Shown piece after piece: positions 19,087-29,349 of a stretch of DNA of 64,000 nucleotides. The stretch is from an uncultured Gammaproteobacteria bacterium. Its GTDB lineage: Bacteria > Patescibacteriota > Patescibacteriia > UBA9934. The stretch is taken from the NCBI GenBank assembly GCA_964552565.1, contig CAZKGL010000001.1:499061-563060 (forward strand), in the 5' to 3' direction. A program made the position numbers and the translations under genes. The notes under the pieces are model-generated. The model had not been told where the DNA came from. It saw only the letters and a program-made list of their open reading frames with translations, and did not search any database. Position 1 is the stretch's first letter. The number at the start of each line of letters is the position of its first letter.

Positions 19087-19941
19087 TTATGCGAGGACCT
19101 TTTCTTTTTGCTCAAGCACCTCGGCGGCGAGTTCGATGAGCTCTTCAACACGGCTCTGCGGCAGTCCCGTCCGCCGCACGATGTCCTCAGTCTCATGCCG
19201 CGTCATGTCTTGGCACAAGATGAACCCGGCATTTGCGCATGCATGGAGCTCGTCGTCCGTCAGCCCGGCAAGCACGGTGACGGGGTAGAGTTTCGTTCCG
19301 TCGATCATGCTCGCCAACCCTTTGCCGTCCGGGTATTTCCAGCCGATCAGCCGCATCCCCTTGCACGTCCCGTAGCGCAGCGCGCGGTCGGAAAAGAGCC
19401 CGTTCGTGAGGATCCAGAACTCGTCAAAACGGGGACACAACTGCAATGCCGCGCCGTCGAGCAGGTCGAGATGCCGCGCGTACGAGGCCATCACGTCCTT
19501 GAGCCGCACGTGGTCGGTAAAACTATTGCGGAACTTGCACTCGATCGCGTAGGCGCGCTCGCCCTTCGTCGCGAGGACGTCGACCTCGTGGCGGACGCAT
19601 GCGCCCTGCAGCTCTTCCGGCAACTCCGTCTCATAGCCTTGCGTCCGCAAAAGGGCGGCGGTGTATTTTTCGAAAAGGAATCCGGCGGGTCCGAGACGCA
19701 GCAGCGCGTCACGCAGCGTATACCGGCACGCGACGCAGCGGTTCGTCGCGCGGAGCGCGCGTTCGACCAACGCGTAGATTTCGCGCGTCGAAGCCCCATC
19801 CTTTACCCGCGGCCGGACAAACTTCAACACGGCGGCGACGTCGTCGGCCTTGCCGCCGGCGCGGAAAATGCTCGCGCGGATTTTCTCCTCGTCAAACGGG
19901 ACGCGGTCGCCGCTCGACTTCACGATCATGGGCTGCGCCAC
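19087..19941 (-). CDS. ATP-cone domain plus PD-(D/E)XK (Mrr-like) nuclease domain protein
   Basis: IVKSSGDRVPFDEEKI ATP-cone; GFLFE, HEVDVLA and AIECKF nuclease motif. Confidence 0.85.
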   Translation of the reverse strand: MAQPMIVKSSGDRVPFDEEKIRASIFRAGGKADDVAAVLKFVRPRVKDGASTREIYALVERALRATNRCVACRYTLRDALLRLGPAGFLFEKYTAALLRTQGYETELPEELQGACVRHEVDVLATKGERAYAIECKFRNSFTDHVRLKDVMASYARHLDLLDGAALQLCPRFDEFWILTNGLFSDRALRYGTCKGMRLIGWKYPDGKGLASMIDGTKLYPVTVLAGLTDDELHACANAGFILCQDMTRHETEDIVRRTGLPQSRVEELIELAAEVLEQKEKVLA

Positions 19942-19947
19942 ATGGCG

Positions 19948-21126
19948 CTATTGTAGCACGACCGTCGCGAGCAATGCCCGTCCCTTCTCCTCCCACTCGG
20001 CCAAACCGAGTGTTTGCTTTTCCAAAATGTAATCCGCGACCAGTTGCACCGCGGCGTCGTTGTCCGTTGCGGCGTGTGCAGTGGCATATGCCTCGATGAA
20101 CGCGTAATGCAGCTCCTCGCGCACCGCATCGTCCTCCACTTGGCGCCAGGTCTCTTCGTCAACGACAAGTGCAGTGCCTTCCGCGGTCGTCAGCGCGTCG
20201 CGCAAATACGCGACCAACTCCGCCTGGACATCCCCGAGTGTGCGGTCCGACAGGTCGTCCTTGCTTAGGTAGGGACGGATGCGGTCAAGCAACGCGGCGA
20301 TCTGCGCGTCGGGATCTTCCAAATCGAGGTGGTAGTCGACCGTCTCGTAAAACGGCTTCATATCGTACGTCACCGCGCCGTCGCGGGACATGTCGGCCTT
20401 CGCCAAGCCCTCGTACAGCGCCCGCGCCGTCCCAAAATCCATGTCGGTCTCGACAAACGTGTACAGGACGTACTGCAGCGTGGCGCCGAGCGCCGCGTCC
20501 GGCGTCGCAAACCGCGCCAAGAGGTCGCCGACAAACACCGCCTGGTTGTGGCTGCGCTGCGGGTCGCCGATCTGGTAGCTCTGCCGATGCCGCAGCCATT
20601 GCAGCGTCGAGGTCGTCGGCAAATTGAGCGCGCGCAGCGATCCGAGGACTTGCGAGAACCCCGCAGTCACGATGTAGTCGGCCTGGACGCCGATGACGCG
20701 CTCGATCTGGTCGATGCCGTAATCGAGACCCGCATACCCGCATGCGTTTGCAATGTAGTATTCGTTCGGCGAGTAATTGCCCGGCGGGATATAGGCGTAC
20801 GTGCCGCGCGGCACCGACGTGATGCGCACCGTCCAGTCCGAGACGTTCACGGACGCCATGTGGATGGCGTCGCAATGCTGCTCCTTCCCTTCCTTGCGCG
20901 AATCGATGCCGAGCAACAGCACGTTGACCACGTCGTCCTCGCCGAACGGGACGGAATCCGCGGTGACGATGGCGCGCGTCCGCGCCGCAAGGACGTTGTC
21001 GACCACTTCGTCGATCGGCGGCGTCGCGGCCGTAATCTCTTGCGCGGGTTTGCGGAGCAGCAAATAGCCTCCCAAGACACATGCGAGGACCGCGAGCGTG
21101 ATAATGAAGGCGCGGCGAGGGGACAT
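19948..21126 (-). CDS. LytR-CpsA-Psr (LCP) family-like protein
   Basis: N-terminal TM, NVLLLGIDSR, DAI, ITSVPR, GDPQRSHNQ. Confidence 0.75.
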   Translation of the reverse strand: MSPRRAFIITLAVLACVLGGYLLLRKPAQEITAATPPIDEVVDNVLAARTRAIVTADSVPFGEDDVVNVLLLGIDSRKEGKEQHCDAIHMASVNVSDWTVRITSVPRGTYAYIPPGNYSPNEYYIANACGYAGLDYGIDQIERVIGVQADYIVTAGFSQVLGSLRALNLPTTSTLQWLRHRQSYQIGDPQRSHNQAVFVGDLLARFATPDAALGATLQYVLYTFVETDMDFGTARALYEGLAKADMSRDGAVTYDMKPFYETVDYHLDLEDPDAQIAALLDRIRPYLSKDDLSDRTLGDVQAELVAYLRDALTTAEGTALVVDEETWRQVEDDAVREELHYAFIEAYATAHAATDNDAAVQLVADYILEKQTLGLAEWEEKGRALLATVVLQ

Positions 21127-21129
21127 GGG

Positions 21130-22107
21130 TTATGCGGTCGGGATGGTCGATGCGAGGTGGTGCTGACCCTTTGCGCGGGCGAGGTTATGGCTCTTGCGGT
21201 CGGGGTATCGCGACGCGTCAAAGCCGAAATAGTTGTCACGGACGATATCGATGAGGAAGCGGCTCGCGAGCTCGAGCGCGATCTGTTTCGTCGCGCGCAG
21301 ATGCAGCACGCGGTCTTCGGGCGACGCCGCGACGCCGCGCCCCTCCGCGTAGCCCGCCTCCGCGGCGGCAAAAAGGGCGGCATCGAACGTCGCGTCGGGG
21401 TCGTCCTCGGCGGTCGGATTGCACCACGACCGGAAGGCGTCGCCAAGGTCAACCGCGGGGTAGTGCCAAAGGATCGTGTCGAAGTCGATGACGCCGACCG
21501 CGGCCCCGTCCGCGTCGAACACGATGTTCGAGATCTTCAGGTCGGCGTGGCTGACCTGCTTCCTGCCCGCATCGTCGCCGATGATGAGCGGCGGGAGCGT
21601 CGCGAGGATATCGTCCGCAATCGCCTTCGCCTCGTCCGGCAAGTCGTCCGCGATGCTGCGGAGCTCGTCGACAAAAAACGCGGTGTCGTGGAAATGCGGG
21701 ATGCTCCCCTTCGGCGTGTAGTCGAGCTCGGCCAGGTGCCGATGCATTTCGCCCACGATGCGCCCGGCGCTCCGCGCCATGTCCGGGCTCGCAAGCGCGT
21801 CGACGATGGTGCCGGCGATCCACGGATACACCCGCCATCGGTCGCCCGCGGCGTCGCGGACGAACAGCCCGCCGTCGCGCGTCGTCATGAGCGTCGGGAC
21901 CTTCATGCCGCGCATGGCGAGGAACGCGGTCACGACCTGCATGTCCCCCGCCGCAGCGTCCGGGATGACCTTGTGGATCTTCTGCAATACAAAATCGCCC
22001 CCTTCGGTCACCACGCGGTACGTGGTGTTAATGAGGCCGGTGCCGACCGGGACGACGGACTCGACGGTGCCGATGTCGTAGTGCGTGAGAATGTCCTTCG
22101 TATGCAT
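21130..22107 (-). CDS. Aminoglycoside phosphotransferase/choline kinase-like phosphotransferase
   Basis: GLINTTY, HADLKISN (Brenner motif), VIDFDT. Confidence 0.88.
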   Translation of the reverse strand: MHTKDILTHYDIGTVESVVPVGTGLINTTYRVVTEGGDFVLQKIHKVIPDAAAGDMQVVTAFLAMRGMKVPTLMTTRDGGLFVRDAAGDRWRVYPWIAGTIVDALASPDMARSAGRIVGEMHRHLAELDYTPKGSIPHFHDTAFFVDELRSIADDLPDEAKAIADDILATLPPLIIGDDAGRKQVSHADLKISNIVFDADGAAVGVIDFDTILWHYPAVDLGDAFRSWCNPTAEDDPDATFDAALFAAAEAGYAEGRGVAASPEDRVLHLRATKQIALELASRFLIDIVRDNYFGFDASRYPDRKSHNLARAKGQHHLASTIPTA

Positions 22108-22194
22108 AGCGTTTTTCTTTCTCTGTTTTAGCACTGCCGCAGCAAAAACAAAACCCCCCGCGGATGCAGGGAGTTTTGCTGATATTCACACGGT

Positions 22195-22479
22195 TTACAG
22201 GAGAGCCTCCTTCGCGGCTTTCCCGACGGCGAACTTGAGGACGGTCTTTGCCGGAATCTGGATCGTCGCACCGGTCGCCGGGTTGCGGCCCTGGCGGGCG
22301 GCGCGATGCTTCTTGGCGAGCTTGCCGAGGCCCGGGAGGACCACTTCGCCGGCGCGCTTCACTTCGCTGTACATGAGGCCGACCATGCCCTCCCACATGT
22401 CACCCGCCTGCTTCTTGCTGACACCCCACTTCTCTGAGAGTTCAGCGACGAGCTGGGACTTCGTAAGACGCTTTGCCAT
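22195..22479 (-). CDS. hup: HU family DNA-binding protein
   Basis: RAARQGRNPATGATIQIPAK. Confidence 0.96.
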   Translation of the reverse strand: MAKRLTKSQLVAELSEKWGVSKKQAGDMWEGMVGLMYSEVKRAGEVVLPGLGKLAKKHRAARQGRNPATGATIQIPAKTVLKFAVGKAAKEALL

Positions 22480-22583
22480 ACATTTCCGTCGTAATGACGT
22501 AAAAAATTTTAATTACGCCGTAAATCGTAACATATTTAAAAAATCGAGGAAATAGTTATGCACATGGGCTATTTTTTATCGAG

Positions 22584-22669
22584 GGAACCCACCCTGAGGC
22601 GCATGCCGAAGGGTCCTGTAGCGAGTTTGACTGGCTGCGGACCCCTCGCCTACGCTCGGGGTGGTTTCC
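22584..22669. repeat. Structured repeat family 2, divergent copy
   Basis: CCACCCTGAGGCGCATGCCGAAGGGTCC...GGACCCCTCGCCTACGCTCGGGGTGG, same architecture as 61835 and 63453. Confidence 0.7.
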
Positions 22670-22685
22670 TTGTGTTTATCCGATG

Positions 22686-23630
22686 TTACGGCTGCAGCGC
22701 CTCTTCAGGACTGCCGCCGTCGACAGTGATTTCGACCGAGTAGTCGTCGCCCATCACCTCGTTGACCGTCTTCACGATCTGCTCACGGATCGCCGTCACG
22801 CGGCACGAGCCGCCTGCGTCGATCTCCGACGAAAAGTCGAGCGAGACCTTTGCGCCGTAATCGTTGACGTGGAGGCTGTTCAGCCGCACGCCGGCCGGGA
22901 TGCTCGACGCATAGCCGTCTGCGTCTTCCTCACTGGTCGCCCCTTCGAGAAGCGTCCAGATGGTGTGGGAGAGCGCGATGGCCGGAATCTCGCTGTCGAA
23001 GATGAACCGGTCGACGGCGTACACCGTGTCGCACTCGTTCCCCTCGCCCGCCATCTCGGCGTTCGTGAGGAAGATGCTCACCTCGCGGTCCTTGCCGAAG
23101 TACACCGGGATCGTCACCACGTTCTCCTCGCTGCCGTCGCGCGCCGAGGTGCTGAACACCTCGACCGTGCCGCGCTCGCCCGGCGTTGCCGAGTAATGCG
23201 CATAGATGACGAAGTCGCCATACTGGCCGATGTCCGGCGCATCCGCGGTCGTAAAGCCGCTGTCGAGCACGTCGCCCGACTCGTCCGTGAGCCGCCACTC
23301 GACCGTATTCTCAAAGACGCGGGCCTCGCCGACGATGACAAGCCAATGCGAACTGACGAACTGGTCCGGGTCCGGCAGCGTGACCTTCATATTCTCCGTG
23401 TCGCTCACGACCGCTTCGTCGCGCGCGGTGACGTCGTCGATGCCGTCGGCGTCCTCGTCTTCCTCGCTCGGCTTGCCGCCGTCCCCGCCGTTGCCGACGT
23501 CCGTATAGTCGTCACCCGTCCCGCTGCCGCCGTCGCCAAGACGGTCGCCGCCGATGGTTTGCGACCACACAAGGGCGCCGATGACGAGCACGGCGACGAT
23601 GGCGATGGCTGTCCAGAGTTTCTTATCCAT
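22686..23630 (-). CDS. Gmad2 immunoglobulin-like plus GerMN domain protein
   Basis: GEARVFENTV, SARDG, GGSCRVTAIREQIVKT. Confidence 0.8.
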   Translation of the reverse strand: MDKKLWTAIAIVAVLVIGALVWSQTIGGDRLGDGGSGTGDDYTDVGNGGDGGKPSEEDEDADGIDDVTARDEAVVSDTENMKVTLPDPDQFVSSHWLVIVGEARVFENTVEWRLTDESGDVLDSGFTTADAPDIGQYGDFVIYAHYSATPGERGTVEVFSTSARDGSEENVVTIPVYFGKDREVSIFLTNAEMAGEGNECDTVYAVDRFIFDSEIPAIALSHTIWTLLEGATSEEDADGYASSIPAGVRLNSLHVNDYGAKVSLDFSSEIDAGGSCRVTAIREQIVKTVNEVMGDDYSVEITVDGGSPEEALQP

Positions 23631-23641
23631 AGAAAAGAGGT

Positions 23642-24883
23642 TTATCGCGAATCGGGCGTCTCTGCAAGCGTCACCTCCACGTCGCGTTCTTCGCCGTCAT
23701 GGAGCACGCGCAAGGTCACCGTGTCGCCCGGCGACTTGTCGCGGAGCAGGATGTTGAGCGGCGTGTCTTCGGTCACCTCCTCGCCGTTGACCGCAAGGAT
23801 GATGTCGTTCTCCTCGATGTCGGCCTTGTCCGCAGGCGAGCCCGGGATGACCGCGAGCTGGTTGTTGTCGCCGCGGACGACGAGCGCGCCATGGTCGACC
23901 GAGAGGTTGTTCGCTTCGACGATCTCGTCGGTAATCGTCACGTAGCGCACGCCGAGGAACGGACGGATGATCTTGCCGAACTCGCGCATGTCGTCGACTG
24001 CGTCCTTCACGTCGTTCGACGGCAGCGCAAAGCCGATGTTCTCCGCGTACTGGCTCGCCGCGACGTTCACGCCGACGACAAACCCGTCGGTGTTGAGGAG
24101 CGGGCCGCCGCTGTTGCCGGAGTTGATGGCCGCGTCCGTCTGGATGACGTCCTGCAGGAGCTCGGATTCGTAGCCGCTGCTTGCGACCACGGTGCGAGAC
24201 AAGCCGGACACCACGCCGACGGAAACCGTGTTCGCAAACTCGCCGAGCGCGTTGCCGATGGCGATGACGGTCTGGCCCTGCTTGAGCGCGTCAGAGTCCG
24301 CGAACTCGAGGTACGGGAACGCGACGTCCGACTCGATCTTGAGGAGCGCGATGTCATAGCTGTCGCCGAGCGCGACGACGGTCGCTTCGTATTCATTGCC
24401 GTCGGTCGTGAACACGGTGTACGACGCCTCACGCACGTCGACGACGTGCTGGTTCGTCACGACGTAGCCGTCCGACGACACGATGAACCCGGAGCCGCTG
24501 CTCACTTCCTGTTCCTCCGTGCCGTTCTGGCGGTAGCGCGGAATGGAAAACCCATACCCGAAATCCTGGTAGTACTGCTCCATGATCGGCACGTCTTTCG
24601 TCGCGACGATCGACACGACGGCGGGGTTCACTTTTTCGACCACGTCGACGATGCTGTCGCTCTCTGCCGTACCGCTCACCGAGTACTCGTCCGACGGCTC
24701 GTCCCCGCCTGCGCCGATAAGGTCGCCGAAATCCCTCTCGCCGCCGAACAGGAGTACACCGCCGCCGATGGCGACGGCGAGCACGATGGCCGCGAGCGCG
24801 CCGAGGAAGCCGGCAATGAGGGACGGCGCAAGCGCGCGGACGGGACGAGTGGCTGAGGCTGGTGTCGTGTGCTGATCTTCCAT
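23642..24883 (-). CDS. htrA: HtrA/DegP-like serine protease with PDZ domain
   Basis: GSGF, TNQHV, IQTDAAINSGNSGGPL, PDZ GSPADKA. Confidence 0.93.
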   Translation of the reverse strand: MEDQHTTPASATRPVRALAPSLIAGFLGALAAIVLAVAIGGGVLLFGGERDFGDLIGAGGDEPSDEYSVSGTAESDSIVDVVEKVNPAVVSIVATKDVPIMEQYYQDFGYGFSIPRYRQNGTEEQEVSSGSGFIVSSDGYVVTNQHVVDVREASYTVFTTDGNEYEATVVALGDSYDIALLKIESDVAFPYLEFADSDALKQGQTVIAIGNALGEFANTVSVGVVSGLSRTVVASSGYESELLQDVIQTDAAINSGNSGGPLLNTDGFVVGVNVAASQYAENIGFALPSNDVKDAVDDMREFGKIIRPFLGVRYVTITDEIVEANNLSVDHGALVVRGDNNQLAVIPGSPADKADIEENDIILAVNGEEVTEDTPLNILLRDKSPGDTVTLRVLHDGEERDVEVTLAETPDSR

Positions 24884-24956
24884 AGCAAAAGAAAGGCAAA
24901 GAATGAAAGAATCTGCGGTGAGCGCAGATATCATCATAGCAAAATACCCGGTTTTG

Positions 24957-25277
24957 TTACACTTTTCCGTAACGTTCGCGGATTTTTTCGAGGTTGAGCC
25001 GTGCGATGTCCGCAAGCGGAATGTGAAGCTCGGTGGCAAGTTGGGTGAGGTACCACAACACGTCGCCGAGTTCGTCGGCGACCCGTCGGCGGTCCTCCTG
25101 CGTCACATCCCCTTCGTGCTCCCGCCACATCTTTTTGACGACGTTCGCCACCTCGCCCGCTTCGCCTGCGAGGCCGAGCGTCGGGTAGATCGGGTTCTCA
25201 CCATGGCCCGGATACACGGCCGTCAACCGGCTCTCGCGCTGGTAGACCTCCCAGTCGGACATCTTCCCTTCTTCCAT
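24957..25277 (-). CDS. MazG-like nucleotide pyrophosphohydrolase
   Basis: LGLAGEAGEV...DELGDVLWY, NLEK; start uncertain (25277 or 25262). Confidence 0.88.
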   Translation of the reverse strand: MEEGKMSDWEVYQRESRLTAVYPGHGENPIYPTLGLAGEAGEVANVVKKMWREHEGDVTQEDRRRVADELGDVLWYLTQLATELHIPLADIARLNLEKIRERYGKV

Positions 25278-26283
25278 ATGAGATGCAATAACTCCCGTCC
25301 TTGTACACGACCTCGCCGTCGATCGCCACGTCGTCCGTAACCGCGAACACGTCGACGTGATACTTGCTCGAACGCTTCGGGAACCCCGGCTTCGCATAGA
25401 TGGTGTGCTTCTGGCCGAGCGAGAGGTGGATGCCGCACATGCGCTCGTAGCTGCCGATGTCGGTCAACCGGCGGTCGCGCGTCATGGCGCGGTTCAAGCC
25501 GAAGCCGAGCTCGCGCACCCACAGCTCCTCGTCCGCGCGGATCTGGTCGAGCACCTTCACAAACGATGCCGGCGCGCCGGGCGCGTCGACGATGATGCCC
25601 TTTTCGATACGTACAAGCACCGGTTCGTCCGGCACGATGACATGGAAGTCTGCATCGCCGAACGCAAAAAGCTTCGCGGCGCCGTTGACGCCCTCCATAC
25701 GCACCGGTTCGGTGAATACCTCGCCGATCGGGAATTGGCCACCGACGTTCTTCATGCCCGCGTAGTCGCCGATGTTCAGCTTCGCGTCCTCAAACGGCGT
25801 GTCGTACACGAGTTCCGCGCCCGCGCCGCGGAGCACGATACGCGACGCGGCGTCGATACGCGACTTCAGCGCCGGGCCGAGGGTGCGGTAATAGCCGGCG
25901 TCATACGCGAGCGCATCGATGTACGTCGGCCACTCCGCTTCCGGCATGCGCCCGAGGTGCGGATGCTCGATGACCTTCAGGCCGCGCGCAAACAGCTCGA
26001 GACGGAACCGGAACTCGTTCAGCCGGAAGCTTGACGACTGGACGAGCACTACAAGATCGCCCGCAGACAGGCGGTCGATGTGGGCGCGGACCTCCTCCGG
26101 GGACGTGGCGTTGAAATTGCACGCGATGGCTCCGGGGAGCGCCGCGCGGTACGCCTCGGCAAGGAGGCGCGCCAGGCCGCACTCGTCGTCATACACCAGT
26201 AAGGCCGGGCCGTCGGTGTGCCCGATGGCCTGCCTTACCGTGCTCATGACACTCTGCGCTGCCGCATCGGCGAGGGGATGCAT
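25198..26283 (-). CDS. Aminopeptidase-like (M29-related) metallo-protein
   Basis: FPIGEVFTEP, ELGFGLN, ERMCGIHLSLG, HVDV. Confidence 0.65.
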   Translation of the reverse strand: MHPLADAAAQSVMSTVRQAIGHTDGPALLVYDDECGLARLLAEAYRAALPGAIACNFNATSPEEVRAHIDRLSAGDLVVLVQSSSFRLNEFRFRLELFARGLKVIEHPHLGRMPEAEWPTYIDALAYDAGYYRTLGPALKSRIDAASRIVLRGAGAELVYDTPFEDAKLNIGDYAGMKNVGGQFPIGEVFTEPVRMEGVNGAAKLFAFGDADFHVIVPDEPVLVRIEKGIIVDAPGAPASFVKVLDQIRADEELWVRELGFGLNRAMTRDRRLTDIGSYERMCGIHLSLGQKHTIYAKPGFPKRSSKYHVDVFAVTDDVAIDGEVVYKDGSYCISYGRREDVRLGGLPAREPVDGRVSGPW

Positions 26284-26323
26284 ACCGGCGACAGCGTACC
26301 TGCTCGTCCCAAGTTCGGCAACG

Positions 26324-26605
26324 TTACGCGGCGTACACCTCTTCGTCTTCGCGGCGCGTCACGGTCATCTCGCTTCCGGCAAACGCATTGTAGAGCCACG
26401 AGACCAGGGCACCGAAGACGAGACCGTTCAAGAAGAGGACGGCGAGCGAGAGGATGAACCCGACCGCCGCGGTACCGCCATCAATCTGCGGGATGCCGAA
26501 GAGCGCGAGCGCACTCGAGCCGAAGATGAGGAACGACAGCAGGGCCATGACGACAAACGTAATGCCGATGGCCAGTGCCGACGCTTTCACATTCATCGTG
26601 TGCAT
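26324..26605 (-). CDS. Small 2-TM hypothetical protein
   Basis: Two hydrophobic helices ending in WLYN. Confidence 0.6.
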   Translation of the reverse strand: MHTMNVKASALAIGITFVVMALLSFLIFGSSALALFGIPQIDGGTAAVGFILSLAVLFLNGLVFGALVSWLYNAFAGSEMTVTRREDEEVYAA

Positions 26606-26671
26606 ACGACATTGGTGAAGAATAATCACCACCATCGTACCCCCGGCCCCGGGGCGCGCAAGCACATCGCG

Positions 26672-27040
26672 CTACGACTTCGGCGTGAAGTCGAGGGCGA
26701 GCGAGTTGATGCAGTAGCGGAGCCCCGTCGGCGCCGGGCCATCCGGGAACACGTGGCCGAGATGTGCGCCGCAGGAAGCGCACGTCACCTCGGTGCGCAC
26801 CATGCCGAGCGACGTGTCCTCGTGTGTCGTGACGTTTCCTTTGGCGACGACGTCGGCAAAGCTCGGCCAGCCGGTGCCGGAGTCAAACTTCGTACCGCTC
26901 GAGAACAGCGGCGTTCCGCAGTTCACGCAGACATACGTCCCCTCGTCATGGAAGTCGTAGTACTTGCCGCTGAACGGCGGCTCTGTGCCCTTCAGGAAAC
27001 AGATATTTTTCTGCTCGGGAGTAAGATTCGGATTCTGCAT
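26672..27040 (-). CDS. msrB: Peptide methionine (R)-sulfoxide reductase
   Basis: [31 protein letters not shown]. Confidence 0.97.
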   Translation of the reverse strand: MQNPNLTPEQKNICFLKGTEPPFSGKYYDFHDEGTYVCVNCGTPLFSSGTKFDSGTGWPSFADVVAKGNVTTHEDTSLGMVRTEVTCASCGAHLGHVFPDGPAPTGLRYCINSLALDFTPKS

Positions 27041-27042
27041 AC

Positions 27043-27471
27043 CTACTCAAACTGCACGGGCACGATAAGCTCGTCGTCGTACTCGGGCAGGCCCGACGGG
27101 TTGTCCTTTGCGAGCACGAGGTAGCCCTCGGTCGTCCCTTCGGGAACGGTAAAATGCACCGTCGCCGAGAACGGAACAAAGTCCTCCGTCATCCATTCGT
27201 CCTCCGCCTGCGCGTACCCCTGGCCGATCTGGTCTCCATCCTCGTCCCACACAAAGACCGGGAAAGTCGCTTCGAAGTACCACGTCCCGCGCGCCTCGCC
27301 GGTGATGATGATCGGGCTCACAATGGCGGCGTTTTCCGCGGGCGACGTGACGAAAATGAGATCCGCCTTTTCGTCGGCGTTCCCGAGGTCGTCTGCAGGC
27401 GCAGGAGCCTGCGTGCATCCTGCACCGAGGAGGAGCAGTGCCGCTGCGGTGATGGCAAAGGAGATTTTCAT
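27043..27471 (-). CDS. Gmad2 domain lipoprotein
   Basis: LLGAGC lipobox, [17 protein letters not shown]. Confidence 0.82.
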   Translation of the reverse strand: MKISFAITAAALLLLGAGCTQAPAPADDLGNADEKADLIFVTSPAENAAIVSPIIITGEARGTWYFEATFPVFVWDEDGDQIGQGYAQAEDEWMTEDFVPFSATVHFTVPEGTTEGYLVLAKDNPSGLPEYDDELIVPVQFE

Positions 27472-27583
27472 AGTGATACAAGTATGCCACAAGTAAGGAA
27501 AGTGCCCCGCACACTTCCCACCAGGCCCGAGAATGGTGAAATCTGCTGGAGAGGGCCTGAGGAAAGGGTGCGGAGCAAGCCTC

Positions 27584-29047
27584 CTAGTCGAAGTCGACGG
27601 GACCGGGGTCGGAGACGGCGCTCATGAAGAGGAACGTCGCGCCGCCGAGCGAACCCGTGAGGGACGCTGAGGGCGACGCCGCCGCCCAGTCCTCCATGCC
27701 GTCGCCGTTCATGTCGCCGACCGCCGCGACCGTCTTGCCGCGGAAGTCGTACGCCGCGTCGCCGGCCGTGTAGCCGTACGCGTCGACGCCGAGCTCCATG
27801 CTGCCCGCGATCGGGCCGAGCACGAGGTACGCGTGGCCGGCGTCCACGATGCCGTCGTGGTCCGCGTTCGTGGCACCGACGATGAGGTCGGTCGCGCCGT
27901 CGCCGTCGTGGTCGAGCGTCGCGACGCTGCCGCCGGCGAAGTCCCCCAGCTCCTCCCCGCGGAGCACGGCCAGGGGCTCCGCATCGTCCGCGGCCGTGAG
28001 CGGGGCGCCGATGACGACGACCGCGCCCCTGTCCTCCTCCATGCCGGGAACGCCGACCACGAGGTCGAGCGTCCCGTCGCCATCGACGTCCGTCGCGGCG
28101 AGGCTCGCGCCGAAGCGCTCCGCCGGATGGCTGGCCGCCCAGTCCCTGTCCGCATCGGCGGCGGCGATCTCCCCGGCCCCGCCGGAGAAGACGTACACGG
28201 TGCCGCCGTCCGGATCCTCGGCCGAGACGTTCGGCGAGGACGTGACGATCTCGTCCGTGCCGTCGGCGTCGAGGTCGGCCATGAGGAGCGCGGTGCCCAT
28301 CATGTCGCCCAAGTCCGCGCCGTGGATCGTCGCGACCGGCGCGCCGAGGCCGGTGGCGCTGCCGAGCGTCACCGTGACCGCGCCGCCGTTCGAGAGCGGG
28401 GCGCTTGCCGCGAGGTCGTCGACCCCGTCGGCGTTCACGTCACCGACCGCGACCTTCCAGCCGAACCGGCTGTCGTCGTTGTCGATGGAGATGCGCTGCG
28501 CCCCGGAGAGGAGCACATCGCCCTCCTGCGTGCCGTACAGGATGTACGCGACGCCGCCCATGACGCCGCCGATGTTCGCGTACGGCGCGCCGACCACGAG
28601 GTCGTTGACGCCGTCCGCGTTGACGTCGCCCTGCGCGAGGCTCGAACCCGCGCCGTCGCCGCCCATCTCGCCGTAGATGCGGAGCGTGGACGCCGCGGTG
28701 AGCTCGTTGCCATCCGTGAGCGGGCCGTGCACGAGGTAGGCCATGCCCGCCGGCGCGTCGATGACGGTGTGCGCGGTGTCGTCCGGGTCGTAGCCCGGCG
28801 CACCGACGTACAGGTCACCGTAGCCGTCGGCGTTCACGTCGCCGGCCGCCATGAGCGCGAAGCCGGAGAACCGGTGCGCGTCGCCGACGAGCTGCGCGTC
28901 GCTGTCGAGCGCGATCGGCTCCGCGGCAGCGTCACCGTCCGTGTCGTCCGTCCCCCCACTCCCCCCGTTGTCCTCTTCCCTGTCGCCACCGTCCGGCACG
29001 GGGCGGATGCACCCGGCGATCGACAAGAAGAGCAGCCCCCTCAGCAT
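27584..29047 (-). CDS. FG-GAP/integrin-alpha beta-propeller lipoprotein
   Basis: IAGC lipobox; about 7 repeats of GDVNADGxxDLxVGAP. Confidence 0.88.
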   Translation of the reverse strand: MLRGLLFLSIAGCIRPVPDGGDREEDNGGSGGTDDTDGDAAAEPIALDSDAQLVGDAHRFSGFALMAAGDVNADGYGDLYVGAPGYDPDDTAHTVIDAPAGMAYLVHGPLTDGNELTAASTLRIYGEMGGDGAGSSLAQGDVNADGVNDLVVGAPYANIGGVMGGVAYILYGTQEGDVLLSGAQRISIDNDDSRFGWKVAVGDVNADGVDDLAASAPLSNGGAVTVTLGSATGLGAPVATIHGADLGDMMGTALLMADLDADGTDEIVTSSPNVSAEDPDGGTVYVFSGGAGEIAAADADRDWAASHPAERFGASLAATDVDGDGTLDLVVGVPGMEEDRGAVVVIGAPLTAADDAEPLAVLRGEELGDFAGGSVATLDHDGDGATDLIVGATNADHDGIVDAGHAYLVLGPIAGSMELGVDAYGYTAGDAAYDFRGKTVAAVGDMNGDGMEDWAAASPSASLTGSLGGATFLFMSAVSDPGPVDFD

Positions 29048-29276
29048 ACAGTCCCCCTTTTCTGAGCCCGAAGCGGACTCATGGCCACCTTGTCCCCGCC
29101 GGGCCAAGTTGTCGAGGCAGACTCCAAAAACATCGCTTGGTTGAGCGATATTCCACGTATGGCCTGTGCATACCTGGGCTTTTCATTTTCTGGCGAACCT
29201 TTTGCGCAGACGACCCGGCACTACGAAGGGTCCGACCCCTTCCGGTGGCCGGGTCCTTCTATTATTTGCAACATAA

Positions 29277-29327
29277 CCATCCAGAGGAGCGTAAGCGACG
29301 AAGGATCCCTCGCTTCACTCGGGATGG
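29277..29327. repeat. Structured repeat family 2, short copy
   Basis: CCATCCAGAGGAGCGTAAGCGACGAAGGATCCCTCGCTTCACTCGGGATGG. Confidence 0.7.
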
Positions 29328-29349
29328 GAACTGCTTCTTGCCACGCAAG

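Noticed and set aside
27503-27577. Long imperfect hairpin after the FG-GAP gene as an ncRNA
   Set aside because: Single copy at a gene 3' end; a terminator or stabiliser explains it.
29212-29255. Hairpin GACCCGGC...GCCGGGTC as a fifth family-1 copy
   Set aside because: The arms are in the opposite order and the GACGCCGA/GCAG blocks are missing; treated as an unrelated hairpin.
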